A DNA stretch of 62,665 nucleotides, the filler included, from Dugesia japonica (lineage: Eukaryota), in assembly GCA_001938525.1 (NCBI GenBank). It is 6 parts of 6 records of this genome, joined end to end, with 100 filler letters (N's around TTAATTAATTAA, not from the genome) between each part and the next. Parts side by side here need not be neighbours in the genome. Positions count along the whole stretch, not along the records: positions 30,411 to 43,257 come from MQRL01225774.1; positions 43,358 to 54,200 come from MQRL01594371.1; 4 more parts are not named here. The stretch is one strand, 5' to 3'. A program made the position numbers and the translations under genes. Positions 36,881 to 49,502 of this stretch are shown here, piece after piece (within the stretch, counting starts at the first letter, position 1; every line of letters begins with the position of its first letter). The notes under the pieces are model-generated. The model was not told the origin of the DNA and searched no databases. It saw only the letters and a list, made by a program, of their open reading frames with translations.

Positions 36881-39800
36881 TGGGTATGGAAATAATAGCC
36901 ATGGCTTCAATAACAAATCAAATAATCAAGCAATCGAAAACATGATACAACAGAATAATAGCTTACGACAGTAATTACAGAATAACCAGAAGCAGAGTCA
37001 ACAGCGAGTTAACATGATGCAACAGGAAATGCAAAAACATGAAGCAACCCAACAAAGAATATATGATCAACTCAAACAGAAACAAGAGTATTTACAACTA
37101 CAATGCGAGAAGCAGCGGGTTGCGCAGATGAGATTAAACGAGAGAGCGGCAAACCACAATACTAACAATCAAGGTCGAGTGAATATGATGCGACTAGTTA
37201 ATGAAACAGAAGTAAAGATCAAAAAGAGTGAACAAACATCGGTAAAACGAAGGATAGAAAGTAAACTCGATCTGATACAAGGATTCAAAGGAAGGATCAA
37301 CAGAAAGACTTATTGGAAATTAATGAATCACGTTATGGAACTAATGGAATGTAGCCATCTAAACCCAATTATCAAGGAGGAATGGCAGCCGGTGATCTGG
37401 GAATACGAAAACGAAATGAAAGAGCAAACGAAGCCAGACGATTTTATAATTATGATAAACTAAACAACTAAACATTTAAAATAATCAGACAAAAAAATAG
37501 CACCGTGTCAGGTCATCTTGCAAAACGATACGGGGGGAGGACTATTGTGTGCTATTTAAAACGAACAAGTATTAGAAGAGCCATTAGACAACTATGTAAT
37601 ATGTTCAAAGACGAGAGTAATTGAAAAGGACCATGTTACCGTTAAAAAAATGGAAAACTGCATAAAAGAGATAAATCTGATGATGACGGGAACAGAAATA
37701 AAAGCTCCAAAAAGCAATCAAGTGTTAATCGCACAAGTAAATATGATGACAACTAAAGATATATCTGAGACTGAAGATGAAGTAGATAATACAATCAAAG
37801 AAGAAATCGAGACAATCGAAGTCTTACGAAAGGTAAAAAGAGCTATCAAGGAACCTATCAAAGATGGAAATGATTCGACAAAAGCTATCAACAAAATATT
37901 CGCGATAACACGGAATTTTGAAAATAAATTAAACAGATGACGTTATTGGATGACAATGAATCATTTGGTAGAGTTAACGGAACCAGGCCATGTGGATATT
38001 ACAACGAAAGAGAAGTGGAATCCGTTAATCTAGGAATACAAAGCTGAGGTAATAAAGGAATCTCAAAGCAAGGATTATTTTATCTGGGTCGGAGAATCAA
38101 TCAAGCCAGTAACAATAAGCGAAAAGATATGGAATTTAACGAACTTACAACAAATGACGAAATACCATCGTCCAAGAGTCGTAAAAATCAAAGGATTAAC
38201 ATTCCGAGATCCACTGGAAGCTTTATCAAAATTAGAGTGGCCAAAACCGATAACGGAATATATCATACATACTCCAACAATGATTGTAGATCAANGTGAT
38301 GTTGATGAGCATGTATATACTTATGGAGTCAAACCAGGATGGGAACTAGAAGTCAGAGTAACTGACAAAGAGCGAGTGTATAAAGATAAAGAAAAATTAT
38401 GGCCGCACTTAGATTTTCGAGCAACTGAGGAAATTTTGAAATCGCCGTATAAATGTCATGAGTTATATTGTTCCGCTTATTAAACATCTGAAACTCAAAG
38501 AACAACAGTATCAAATTATAGAATCAAAAACAGAAGACAACAAACCTGGTACGAGTCAAGGAAGATTATTTATGATAAGATCAATATCAAACAAACTATT
38601 GAGTAGAAATAAAAACAGTCCAAAACAGGCAACAAGTATGACTGATATTAGTATGGGTGAGTTCAGTGAACCACCAATATCCACGGACGATAATTCAGAT
38701 CACGAATACTATCAGAATGTGGTAACGGTAGAAAAAAGAAACCCTATTTCAAAATGACAGAATCTCGAAGCAGTCGTACTGGAGAATAATGAATATAGCA
38801 TGGGATGAACATTATAATCAGCTGATGAGGGGAGCAAAACACAGTACACACCCAGAATTAATCGATATGTACAAAGGGAAGGTATTAAAGGAAACAGTAG
38901 GAGCAGATTTTGGGGTTAAAATCAATTATCCGACAATAAACGATAATTTAGTGATAACGATGCAAACAAAAATAATTAAAAAATTCAAGACGACAACAGT
39001 CGGTGAATTAAAAGATATATTTAATGAATTGCCACTAGAACGTGGGTTGGAAAGATATAGAATCATATGTGATTACATGAAAATTGAACGAGATAAATTG
39101 AATAATCGAGATATTCATTTAATTGAGTTCTGGTTAAGACCTGGAGAAATTACAGAATTAACGTTAGAATATGATGACGGACAACCGAGAAGTGTTGATA
39201 AATTTTCAGTCAGTAGAATGAGAACAAAGATGAGAAAAGTATATCAAGAGGAAATAGATAAAATGGATTATCTGAAATTAGTACATGATGATCAAATAGG
39301 ATTAACAATAACTGTGGGAAATGAAGTGGAACCATGGAAATTGTTGAAATGGAATTTAGCGAAAATTGGGCTAATAATACTAAATAATTTTAATTATATT
39401 AAAAGTAGAGAAACAAAAGAGGTAATAGATTGAATCAATCAACTAGGCTTAATATGCGGGGAACATTTCAATGAAGTAGTAAGAGCAATAGTCTTATTGC
39501 ATGCATCACAGACGCCAAGACAAGTAGTGAAAGTGACAGCTCACTTTCCAGATGAGTCAAGTAAAGAACTCAAAGTAAAAACGATGACAAAATGGGAGAA
39601 ATTTATAAAACAGATACTAAAGTATGTGAATAAAGAATCGCTAATAGACAAAAAAAATATTTCAAAAGTAAAAAGAGAAGATATTGTAATCTATTGCGGT
39701 GAGGAAACCACAGAAGATCTTGACAGTGATGCAATCAAATTGTCAGGTATATGGCCAGGTCACATGATGAATATATACGTATTTGCATCGGAAGATGGAG

Positions 39801-41779
39801 ACAGAAATTTGTTTACCCGAAGAGGAATAAGAGAAAGTTTATGTTGGAAAACGATACAGTATTATGTGGAGAATATGAACCCATTAGTGCCATGGAGATT
39901 ACAAATACACTCTGAGGAATTAAATTTCGAGTTTACGGAAAAAGTGACAATGTTACGGTCAAGGCAAGCATTGAGTCGTCAATATTGATCCAATCAGGAG
40001 TTAAACGGATCAGTAGAAAGGTTAGCAATGATGATACATACAAAGATAACAAACGACTATGCATCAGAAATAGTGAAACAATTTATATCATTAATTAATG
40101 AAACGGATATTCCGAGGGACCAAGTTCAGAAATTAGCAAAACAGATTCTGAAAAGTGATTTATCAATAAACGAACTAAGAGACCTGACATTTGAAATATC
40201 ACGATTTAAGGAAGAGTGTGAGTGGAGGCCATCACAGTTCAGAGCAATCATTAAAAAATGGTGAGATATAGAAACAGATGAAATTGAACCTCGACAATAC
40301 CGCTTTCAAATAATAGATCCTAAAGGATACGAAACTAAGATAGCCGGTCTGGCATACGAAACAATTGGAGTTATAAAGGAGAGAATACCGTACGAACCAC
40401 CATATATTTTGACATTAAACAATAAAGAATTGCTAAACGATGACGTAATTGGAACATTAAATATTCGATGGGAGATGTCGAACAATTTTTATATTAAACC
40501 CGAAGCGAAAAGGAAATTAGTGAGGGAAATGTTTCCACAAGGCAAAATGAAGTCTACAGGAAAACCAATCCACCAAATCACAAATTATCCACAACCAATT
40601 TTTATTGACAGCAAAGAGGGTACCAGTTACATGACCCCAAAATCGATAAAGAGTAAATCAGCGAAGCTAAAAAGACATATAATCTCCAGAGAAATTACGA
40701 CAAAAGAAGATGATATTATGAAACAATTATTTGGATTATCAAACGAAGAGGATGAAGAGATACAAATAACTCATTTTGAACCAGCAACGATGACAATAAA
40801 ACCAGTGAATAAGGAGAAGACAGTGAAAGATAGATTCAATCCTAGAGAAGTAGACTATGATATCAATAACAAAATACGGTCACAACCCAGAATATCAGAA
40901 GGAACAAAACAAAAATCACCATCATTAATGGAATTCGAGCAAAACGCAAGGACGCCAATTATACCAGAGTACGAATTTGGAGAAGAAAATATAGGTCCAT
41001 CAGCAGAATTTGAAGAGGAAATGACGACAACAGATAATAAAATCGAAACTACGGATAATCAAGAAGAAACAACAGATCACGAAATATATCAAAAAATAAT
41101 GGTCGATGTAGAGACAAAAATGGAACGAAAGGCGCGTGGACGACCAAGAGGATCTATTATGAAAAAAGGAGCAACACGTCGAAAGCCGACATAAAAGGAA
41201 CAATAAGTAGCAGTATCACAAGAGATCATGGAGAATTGTGAACTATCAGAACTATCAACGGAAAAAAGGATGCATCACGTATTACTAATATTATATCCAG
41301 AGTTAAAAATGTGGATTGGAAATACAGTATTATCGGCGGAGTGTAAAAAAATTGCAGCAATATTGGAACCTGTAATACAGAAACTACCAGCATTCAAGTG
41401 GACAGGACTGAGAGAACGAGATAAAGTAGAAAGTGCAGTCGAAAAAACATTGGGAGAATGTCCAAGCGCGTCGAAAATTGCAAAGGCATTGGCATACCTA
41501 TGTAAACAGACACAAGCGGCGCTAGTACATCGTAATACAAGTGCAAAAGTAAAAATGAACATGTTGCCAATCGTTGAAATAATATTTGATAGAATTGAAC
41601 CACTTATTTTGAAAATCGGAGGATGGTCAGCGTCGATGGAAAAATTAAAACCAGAAGCGAATCTACAACGAAATTTAGCAGAAAGAGCGCGATTGTTAAT
41701 GAAAGATTATATAGACGAAATAGGAATGGAATCTAACAGCAGCACAAGAACGAATACGAGGGCAAAGGGTATACAATCA
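36881..41779 (+). pseudogene. Non-pol polyprotein middle region: Q-rich coiled coil, VNMM repeats, tandem ubiquitin-like domains, AT-hook, helical domain
   Basis: ORFs 36630/37014/37650/38154 share one frame and 38789/39497/40028/40409/41228 share another, separated mostly by isolated stops. UBL-like segments at ~38170-38365, 38912-39175, 39521-39785 and 40292-40500; RKARGRPRGS at 41126-41155. No YxDD, RNase H or DDE motif seen. Confidence 0.65.
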
Positions 41780-43257
41780 ATGTTAATGTTATTAACGATA
41801 ATGCTTCTGATGGGCCGAGGTGCGGCGATAAAATGGATATTGGAGAAACAGTTTGCTCACTAGTAGACGTGGATAAATGTCCAGAAGCAAATCCAGAAAA
41901 ATTAGAACCAGTTCGAAAGGCAATACCATATTTTGTGTATCAGGAATCAGATTATTACAAGACAAAGGTGAGAGAATGTAGAATGACAAAGACAGTTTTT
42001 GTGTATTATTGCGGAGCAAGAAGCTATACAGCAATTATCGAAACTGGACAAGAAGTGAAACAGATTTATCTAACCGGAGAGCAATGCGAAGAAGGATTTG
42101 TAACCGAAAAGATACGAGTAGCTGAAGGAAAAATTGTTGGTGCTAAAAGTGGACAGATCATGCAAACAAGAATATTCGCATCAGGAAGCATATCGGATGA
42201 ACATGGAACATTTACTCATGGCACCTATACTGTAAATGGGGTAGTCACCAGTTATGTGGTAGCGATAGAAAGTGATCGAGTCAAATTAAAGGAATATGAT
42301 GCGTTCTTCGATACAAAAACACAATTGATGAAAATGTATACCATGTGTAAAGCGTCAGATATTTCATGTGATACGGNAATGTCAACTTTAGTATATAATG
42401 TTAATCATCAAGAATGTGCAATGACATTTCTAAAAGAAACCGCGTTCAACGAATATCAAGGTAAAAAAGTTATTGAAGTAGATGAGAAGGAAACGATACC
42501 ACCAGAAGGTAAGGTGGATGAAGCAATGAAACCAAAAACAGGTGAAATACACTGGGTAGAAACTACAGTAGTCTTAATGTCAACTGACAAAAACAATATG
42601 ATACGATTAATACGAAAAAAAACAAAATCAAAATGTGGAGAATTAGTATACGAAACGAATTACAAAGGTTTGTGGGTATCAAAAACGATATTAGAGAGAG
42701 CTAAAGCAGAAATCACACTAGAGGATAAGAAGTTACATCTCTATATTAATAATAAAGTGGATCATCTGTTTCATCTAACACAAACTTCAATAGAGAAAAT
42801 ATATCAGGATCTAGTGTGGAACGATTGCACATTAAAAAACAAAATATTAAAGACGAAATTGGCAAAAGCAACTGCAAATCCAGATAATGTATCACCATTA
42901 TTCCGATAGAAGAAGGGCAATTTGGACGAATTGTGGGAGAGGTAACGTTCAAATATCGATGCAAAAAGGTGGACGCAACGTTGGCACCAATAGAACATAA
43001 TAAATGTTATAATGAAGTGGAAATCATATATAACAGAGAAAGACGATTTGTGCAGCCAATCACTAGAGTAATATCACCAAGAGGATTTGTCCCGAACATG
43101 ATAAATTGTTTAAACCTATTTGGACCTTACTTTAAACTGCATAACAATAAATGGGTACGATTTCTAGAGAGAATTCCAGTAACAGGGGTCAGAAATTTTT
43201 CACGATTACAATTAAAAGGTGGAGCAAAATTTACACCGTTAAATGTAGCCGAAGGTG
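41780..43257 (+). pseudogene. env: Chuvirus-type / gB-like (class III) envelope glycoprotein ectodomain, truncated by scaffold end
   Basis: Signal-like MLMLLTIMLLMGRGAA; SLVDVDKC, VREC..YYCG..SY, KCGELVYETNY..L, LYINNKVDHL..IY..L..NDC, G.FGRIVGEV..Y.CKKV, KCYNE..I.YN..FVQPITRVI. This Cys/motif spacing matches chuvirus G and retroelement-borne homologs as I recall them. Frameshifts at ~41830 and ~42900. Confidence 0.8.
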
Positions 43258-43357
43258 NNNNNNNNNNNNNNNNNNNNNNNNNNNNNNNNNNNNNNNNNNN
43301 NTTAATTAATTAANNNNNNNNNNNNNNNNNNNNNNNNNNNNNNNNNNNNNNNNNNNN
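43258..43357. other. Artificial scaffold linker
   Basis: N44-TTAATTAATTAA-N44. Confidence 0.97.
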
Positions 43358-43371
43358 TTATTTTGTTGTTA

Positions 43372-43836
43372 TTAACCAATTAAGTTTCAATGATATTTAA
43401 TTTATTTTTAATTTAATTAATTAGAATTTTCTAAAAAAATATTTCAAAATAGTTTATATATCAAAAGAAATTCGTTAAGATATATTTTCCTGATTTTTTC
43501 AGAATAAAAAAAATAATAATANNNNNAATAATAAAAAATAATAAAATAATAAAAAAAATAATAATAAATTTGTTTACATTGTTTGTTAAAATCTTTCGTA
43601 GTTAATTACAATGGGTGTAATTAATTTGCGCATTAAGAACTTTAAAAAATATCTCTAATAAAGATAACTTTGCTATTTCATTGGCTGATTTTATTTTGTT
43701 AACCAATTAAGTTTCAATGATATTTAATATAATTTTAATTTAATTAATTAGAATTTTCTAAAAAAATATATCAAAATAGTTTATATATATCAAAAGGAAT
43801 TCGTTAAGATATGTTTTCCTGATTTTTTCAGAATAA
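43372..43836. repeat. Direct duplication of ~135 bp (43372-43506 and 43699-43836)
   Basis: TTAACCAATTAAGTTTCAATGATATT...CCTGATTTTTTCAGAATAA occurs twice. Confidence 0.85.
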
Positions 43837-44192
43837 TTCAACGACGAGACATTTTATTTTGTTTAATATGATGATTAATGAAAATTCTTAATTTTTCGAT
43901 TTTTAAAAATTATCTGATATTATTCTCACTCTGTTTCGATTTATTATTTTATAGGCTCTATATTTTTAATCTATTTCAATTAATATATTTTGTTCTCTAT
44001 TATACTTTGGCATTATTGATTTGTTCATTTATTTTATTTCAGATCGNTATTTTGGAACGTATTTTGGCCGATTAAATGAACATTAATGAAGTTGTTATTA
44101 GTTAGTATGTATATTGTTAACATTTTTAATAAATAAGTTGTGAGAATGATTTATTATTTATTCGTTTAAATTATTATTAATATTAATTAATA

Positions 44193-44765
44193 TTAGGTTA
44201 AGGAATATTAATTGCGTATTTTAGTAATATATTTAAATCAACAAAGAAATTTTTTTTAGAATGTCATTAAATAATGTATTCTCCATTGAACTGGACAACT
44301 TGTCACCATCTCTGTGATAGTGCTTCAATCCCTTTGCGATAGAGCTCGTGTTTGTTTTTAGTCGAAAAAGCTCGAGATCGCTTCTTTGCTTGCTTCTTCA
44401 TTTTTTAACTCCTGTCTATTCAAATTATTTTGAAGACATCGAAATAAGTAATAATCCGATAGAGCCATGTCGGGAGAACATGGTGGATGTGGCAAGACTT
44501 CCCATCCAAGCATCTGTATTTTTTCCTGAATCAATCGAGTAGTATGTGGTCTGGCATTGTCATTTAGTAGGATCACATCTTTTCTCTTTGTTAAGATAGA
44601 CCTGATATTTTGACTCAATCTCTCTAATTGTTGAAAATAGAGTTCAGCATTTATAGCAGTGTTCTCTTTCAACAGTTCCCAATGCACAATACCATGGATA
44701 TCCCACCAAACAGATTATAACACCTTTTAGAATGTGCACCTGGTTTGGCAGTTTGTAAGGGTTAC
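44193..44765 (-). mobile_element. Mariner transposon 3' portion, inactive
   Basis: VWWDIHGIVHWELLKEN, LLNDNARPH, LPHPPCSPDMALSDYYLF; terminal TA-TTAGGTTAAGGAATATTAATTGCG. Confidence 0.9.
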
Positions 44766-45025
44766 ATTAATCCGATCTCAGTAATTTTCAATCTTTATGA
44801 AGCTGGGAACCAAACTGACACATTTTTAGTGGGCTAATAACATTAGGACTCAAATATATTATAATTTAAATTGTCAAAAACAATTGCATATTGGTAAAAA
44901 TAAATAAAATTGTCATTTTAAAAAAATAATGAAAATACTTGAGTTTATAAAATATAGTTCTCATAAAATTTATTTATTAAAATTTAGACATAAATTAAAT
45001 ATTAGGAAAAGGATTGATTAGTTGA

Positions 45026-45026
<1 letters not shown>

Positions 45027-45058
<32 letters not shown>
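45027..45058. repeat. (TA)n microsatellite
   Basis: Directly visible. Confidence 0.95.
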
Positions 45059-45060
<2 letters not shown>

Positions 45061-45477
45061 AAAACGCAATTTTTTAAAATTTTTANTATATATAATAAGA
45101 AAACGCAATTTTTTAAAATTTTTATTTGTATAGGACAAATCTATGTCCATCATCAGTTACTGTTGTAAAATAAGTGAGGAAAGTGTTTATTTACTGGCTA
45201 ATTAAATCTGTTACGTAATCAATCCAATAAAATAAGATTAAAATAAAATAAGAAAAATGAATGTGTGTCAATCTGAGTATAAAGAATCAGATTTCATTAA
45301 AATAATAAAAAGCTTCGATCAAAATAAAATTTATTTNTAAAAAGGTTCAAATTTTCGACAATAGTCTTCTTCAGGTTATACGATCGAATTCTCAGCCTCG
45401 CAAGCAATTCTTTCAAAGTGATTAGTAAAACTGCTGTTCAAAAGTGTAAACTCATCGATGCTTATTTGCCTTTTCTA

Positions 45478-46101
45478 TTTTTGCAACAACAGACATGATT
45501 TTAAACAGAATTTTTTCATCTTAATTACATATGCTCGCTAACACGTGTGCAACTATGATGTATTATCTATCCAATGTATGTGACATAAGACCCGTTACAA
45601 TTCAATTAATAAACTAGGTTAGCGAGCAAAGCTTTTGATATACTAGATTTGTTGCTTAAATAATTGAGCGAGAATTTCAATGATTTAGCTACATCCGAGA
45701 ATAGTAGTTCTATAGATATTTTTCTTAGATATTCTTATTTGTAGACAGACCCATAGCTGTAAAACNNNNNNNNNNNNNNNNNNNNNNNNNNNNNNNNNNN
45801 NNNNNNNNNNNNNNNTTTTGCAACAACAGACATGATTTTAAACAGAATTTTTTCATCTTAATTACATATGCTCGCTAACACGTGTGCAAATATGATGTAT
45901 TATCTATCCAATTTATGTGACATAAGACCCGTTACAATTAAATTAATAAACTAGGTTAGCGAGCAAAGCTTTTGGTATACTAGATTTGTTGCTTAAATAA
46001 TTGAGCGAGAATTTCAATGATTTAGCTCCATCCGAGAATAGTAGTTCTATAGATATTTTTCTTAGATATTCTTATTTGTAGACAGACCCATAGCTGTAAA
46101 A
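45478..46101. repeat. Near-identical ~287-bp tandem duplication flanking an N gap
   Basis: 45478-45765 versus 45816-46101, with only a handful of substitutions. Confidence 0.9.
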
Positions 46102-46859
46102 CTGTACTCTGTAAGAAACCAACATACACAACTATATATTACTCTTAAACGTTTTTGTGATGACCGATAAAAAAATGGCATAATAACCGGCTTAGTTCAT
46201 CGAGTGTAGTGTACATTATCAGGCTTTTAGTTTGCTGATGACGGTCTTATCAGGTTAGATAGTAGAGTTTAAGCTAATGGATATAACCAAACCACCATTT
46301 ATAATAATATAACAAACTACTCAGCATCAAATAATAACCAAGAGGAAAACTTTAATAATAATCAAGAAAAAATAACTATAAAACAACCATTCTCGGAAGT
46401 AGCTAAATCATTGAAATGCTCACTTATTTTATTTAATAAATTTCAACGTGTACAAGCACGATATTAAAAAACTAAAATAGTAAAACTATTGTGACGTCTA
46501 AAAATTAATTTCTTAAACATAGTTGGGCTAAAGAAGCTAATTTTTACATACGCATATATTGTCCAAAAATTTACAGAGTATGAAAATATGGCTCTTGCGT
46601 TCGTAATATACGGCGCCCCTTAGAAAACAACTTTTGCTAAATATTTTCAAAAGTTTTGAGATAAAAGCTAGAAAACACTAAACTAGAATGCTTCAATAAT
46701 TTAGGATAAATAATTGCAATGTAAACTGTATATGAATGAGATTTCTGTGAACTAACAGGATGGATACCTGATATTAAAAAAGTAATAGTTATGTTAATAA
46801 AGATTAAACTTAAAGTTATTATATGACACAACATAGATATATAGGAGCGCACTGGCTCA

Positions 46860-49030
46860 CCTCCTTTGTGCTCACACATGGTTCCAGCGATTTATTTGGT
46901 CGGAATTCAGATGTTCGATTAAGATCAATGAAGTACAAGGTGCCATGGTATACCCGGATGACAAATTTGTAGTTTAAATTTAGATGGAGGAATTTTTTTT
47001 GAGAATATAGAAATTAGTTTAGACGGAAAATTGGAAGCAAGTTTGAGAATAAATTCGGAAAAATGCTCTTTTACGAAATTGAAGATAAATTTTTAGGCCA
47101 CATAATTAGGGAAAGAGGAATTCAAACAGATCCAGTGAAAGTAAAAGCAATCAAATCTTTCGGAGAACCAAAGTTTGTAAAGAAACAGCCTAGTTTTCTC
47201 TGCATATGCAACTACTACTGGACGTTTATTAAAAAGTATACGATGAAGGCTAGGAAATATGAAAAATCATACAGTGGTCAGCAGAACACAAAATTGGTTT
47301 GGTCGGCAGAATTGTCGGAGATTTTTGAAGGATAGAAAACAGAACTGACCAAGATTTTAGTGCTTAGGTTCCCAGATTTAAGAAGAGAATTTATCTCAGA
47401 TATGGATGCTAGTTTTATTACTGTTGGTGCATTTTTCTCATATTAGAACGAATATATGAAAAAACGTTTGATTACATACGGTTAACATGCCATGTATAAT
47501 CATTAGAATGTTTATTGTATAATCAGGAAGAAATTTCAAGAAGTTTATTATTTTCGCTTATATTTTAAGCATTATCTCTATGGGAAACATTTCAAGCTGA
47601 GAACGGATCACGAATTAATTATGTTTATGTTAAGCATATCAAAATTGGTTACTAGTCGTTTACAAATGTGTATTAATTTTTTAAGTGCGGACATCAAGTT
47701 GGAATAAGGTTACTCTTCACGGGAATGTGAATATACTCAGCAGATTGAATTATGACAAATGTGTGCATTGTCAGATGCAACATAAGAACGCGAAAGACAG
47801 AAAAGAGTAGATGAGGCTGCTAGAGACTGAGTATTGCATTTTAAGGGTTAAAACTGAGATTTATGATACAAGAGGAACTATGGTAAATAAAGAAAAAACG
47901 TGATTAACAACGGAGTAATTAGATTTAGTAGATTCGCGGGTTTTTATATCATTCAGGAGCGGAAAAGACGGAGAACTACATATATGCGGGAAATTCTGGA
48001 TACCGTTTGAGACAAAGAATGAAACTTGTATTTAATGCTAAAAAGTGACGACTGATACAGTGAAAGTTAATGAAGCTATGGTTTTGTCGGAAAATTTTGA
48101 ACCGTTTGAGGTGACTTTTGTTGACATCTGCGGACCTTTAAAAGAAACAAAATGTAGAAAGAAATATATTCTAGTCATAATTGAACAATGTTCGAAATAT
48201 ATGAAACTGATAGCGTTAGTTAGAAAGGACGAATTAACAATTCGGCAGAATATATTGACAGAATGCAAATAGAGGTTTGGATGCTAGATCAAGTTGCTGC
48301 ATAAGATTCAAAGCTAGAGAGATTAAAGATTTTACAAAAATGTTAAAGTTGATCTGGCATGTGACGAGTCCTTACCATCACAAAACTAACGGGCAGATTA
48401 ATCCATAGTTCGAGTAGGTACCGGACTTCATGAAGTGTAGAATACAAGAAATGTGAACATTTGATTGTGCGAAATTATTGTCAGAAATTGAGTTTTCAAT
48501 AAATAAAAGTAAACAAAAAACGATTGCAAGTGAATTTGACAGAAATGGTTTTTGAATAATAAATCAGTCGAGAAAGATGTCAATCAAAGAAAAATGAAAA
48601 TTGTGCAATGAAAATAGAAAGACATAATTCGTATAAGTATCTGACAAGAAAGAAATTCGAGGTTGAGGTTGAAGCAAAAGATAAAGAGGAAAACAGATAT
48701 AAAGGCCTCTACGAAATAGTGGAGAAGCAATGTGTTAGCCAATCAAGATGAGAAGGAGCTCACAGGTAATGTCGAAAAATTTAACTTTCTTGAAAAAGGG
48801 CTGAAGGCATTGTGTGATTTTCGAATGTTTTCAATTATCTTTCTTAGTATAAAATAAATTAAATTTGATTTTTATTTAAAATTAAAGAAACATTTGTTTT
48901 AATATTATATGCAATAGATTTTTTATATAAGTGTTTAAATTTAATTATTTAATTTTATTTGTAATTTAGAATTTAAATTTAATTGGTAGATAAGCATTTT
49001 ATATTTGTCGATTTTACGAAGAAATTATTT
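46860..49030 (+). mobile_element. Heavily degraded Ty3/gypsy pol with 3' LTR remnant
   Basis: KFLGHII..GIQTDP, SFL.ICNYY, DMDASF, HYLYGKHF.LRTDH, FEVTFVDICGPL, SPYHHKTNGQI. Confidence 0.85.
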
Positions 49031-49502
49031 GATTTTAATCGGATTATTATTGTTATTATTATTATTATTATAATTATTATTTTTATTATTATAATTAAGT
49101 TGGACTGGAACACGTTGAAAAATAGAAATTGTAATCCCGAAGTGTGAAATTCAATGAGTAAAGTACGGATAATGGATGGCAGAGTAGATGTGCTGGACCG
49201 GAAAATGGATTATTTTATACGAAATTATTATTATTATTATTATGTAATTATTATTAGTATAATTATTATAAATTTATTTATGAAAAAGTCGAAAATCGAA
49301 ACTCGGGCGTAGAAATAAAATAAAATTTATATGAGCTAAAAGGAAATAAAGAATGAAATAATAAAAATAATCTACAATAATATATTAGAAGGGCCTCTAA
49401 AACGCGTTTTATTTATTATAAGTAACGCTAATTAGCGTTTAATATTATTTGAAAGTTAATTAATTTTTGGTCCAGTCAATTTTGCCTTGTCTGAATCAGG
49501 CG

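Noticed and set aside
37515-37560. DTGGG as the aspartic protease active site of the gag-UBL-G element
   Set aside because: It is preceded by Q-N rather than hydrophobic residues, and no downstream ILG.D motif is seen. Cannot be excluded without a profile search.
39431-40264. Three in-frame TGA codons suggesting TGA readthrough or an alternative genetic code
   Set aside because: The same polyprotein also has TAA stops and frameshifts, and TGG is used freely. Simple decay (TGG/CGA to TGA) explains it.
41275-41562. Antisense ORFs over the polyprotein and other TE genes
   Set aside because: Shadow ORFs of real coding sequence on the opposite strand; no motifs.
45478-46101. Biological tandem duplication or LTR pair
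   Set aside because: Copies directly flank an N gap; likely uncollapsed haplotypes or contig-end overlap.
46232-46262. Second hammerhead (CTGATGA CGGTC...)
   Set aside because: No closing stem II or GAAA downstream.
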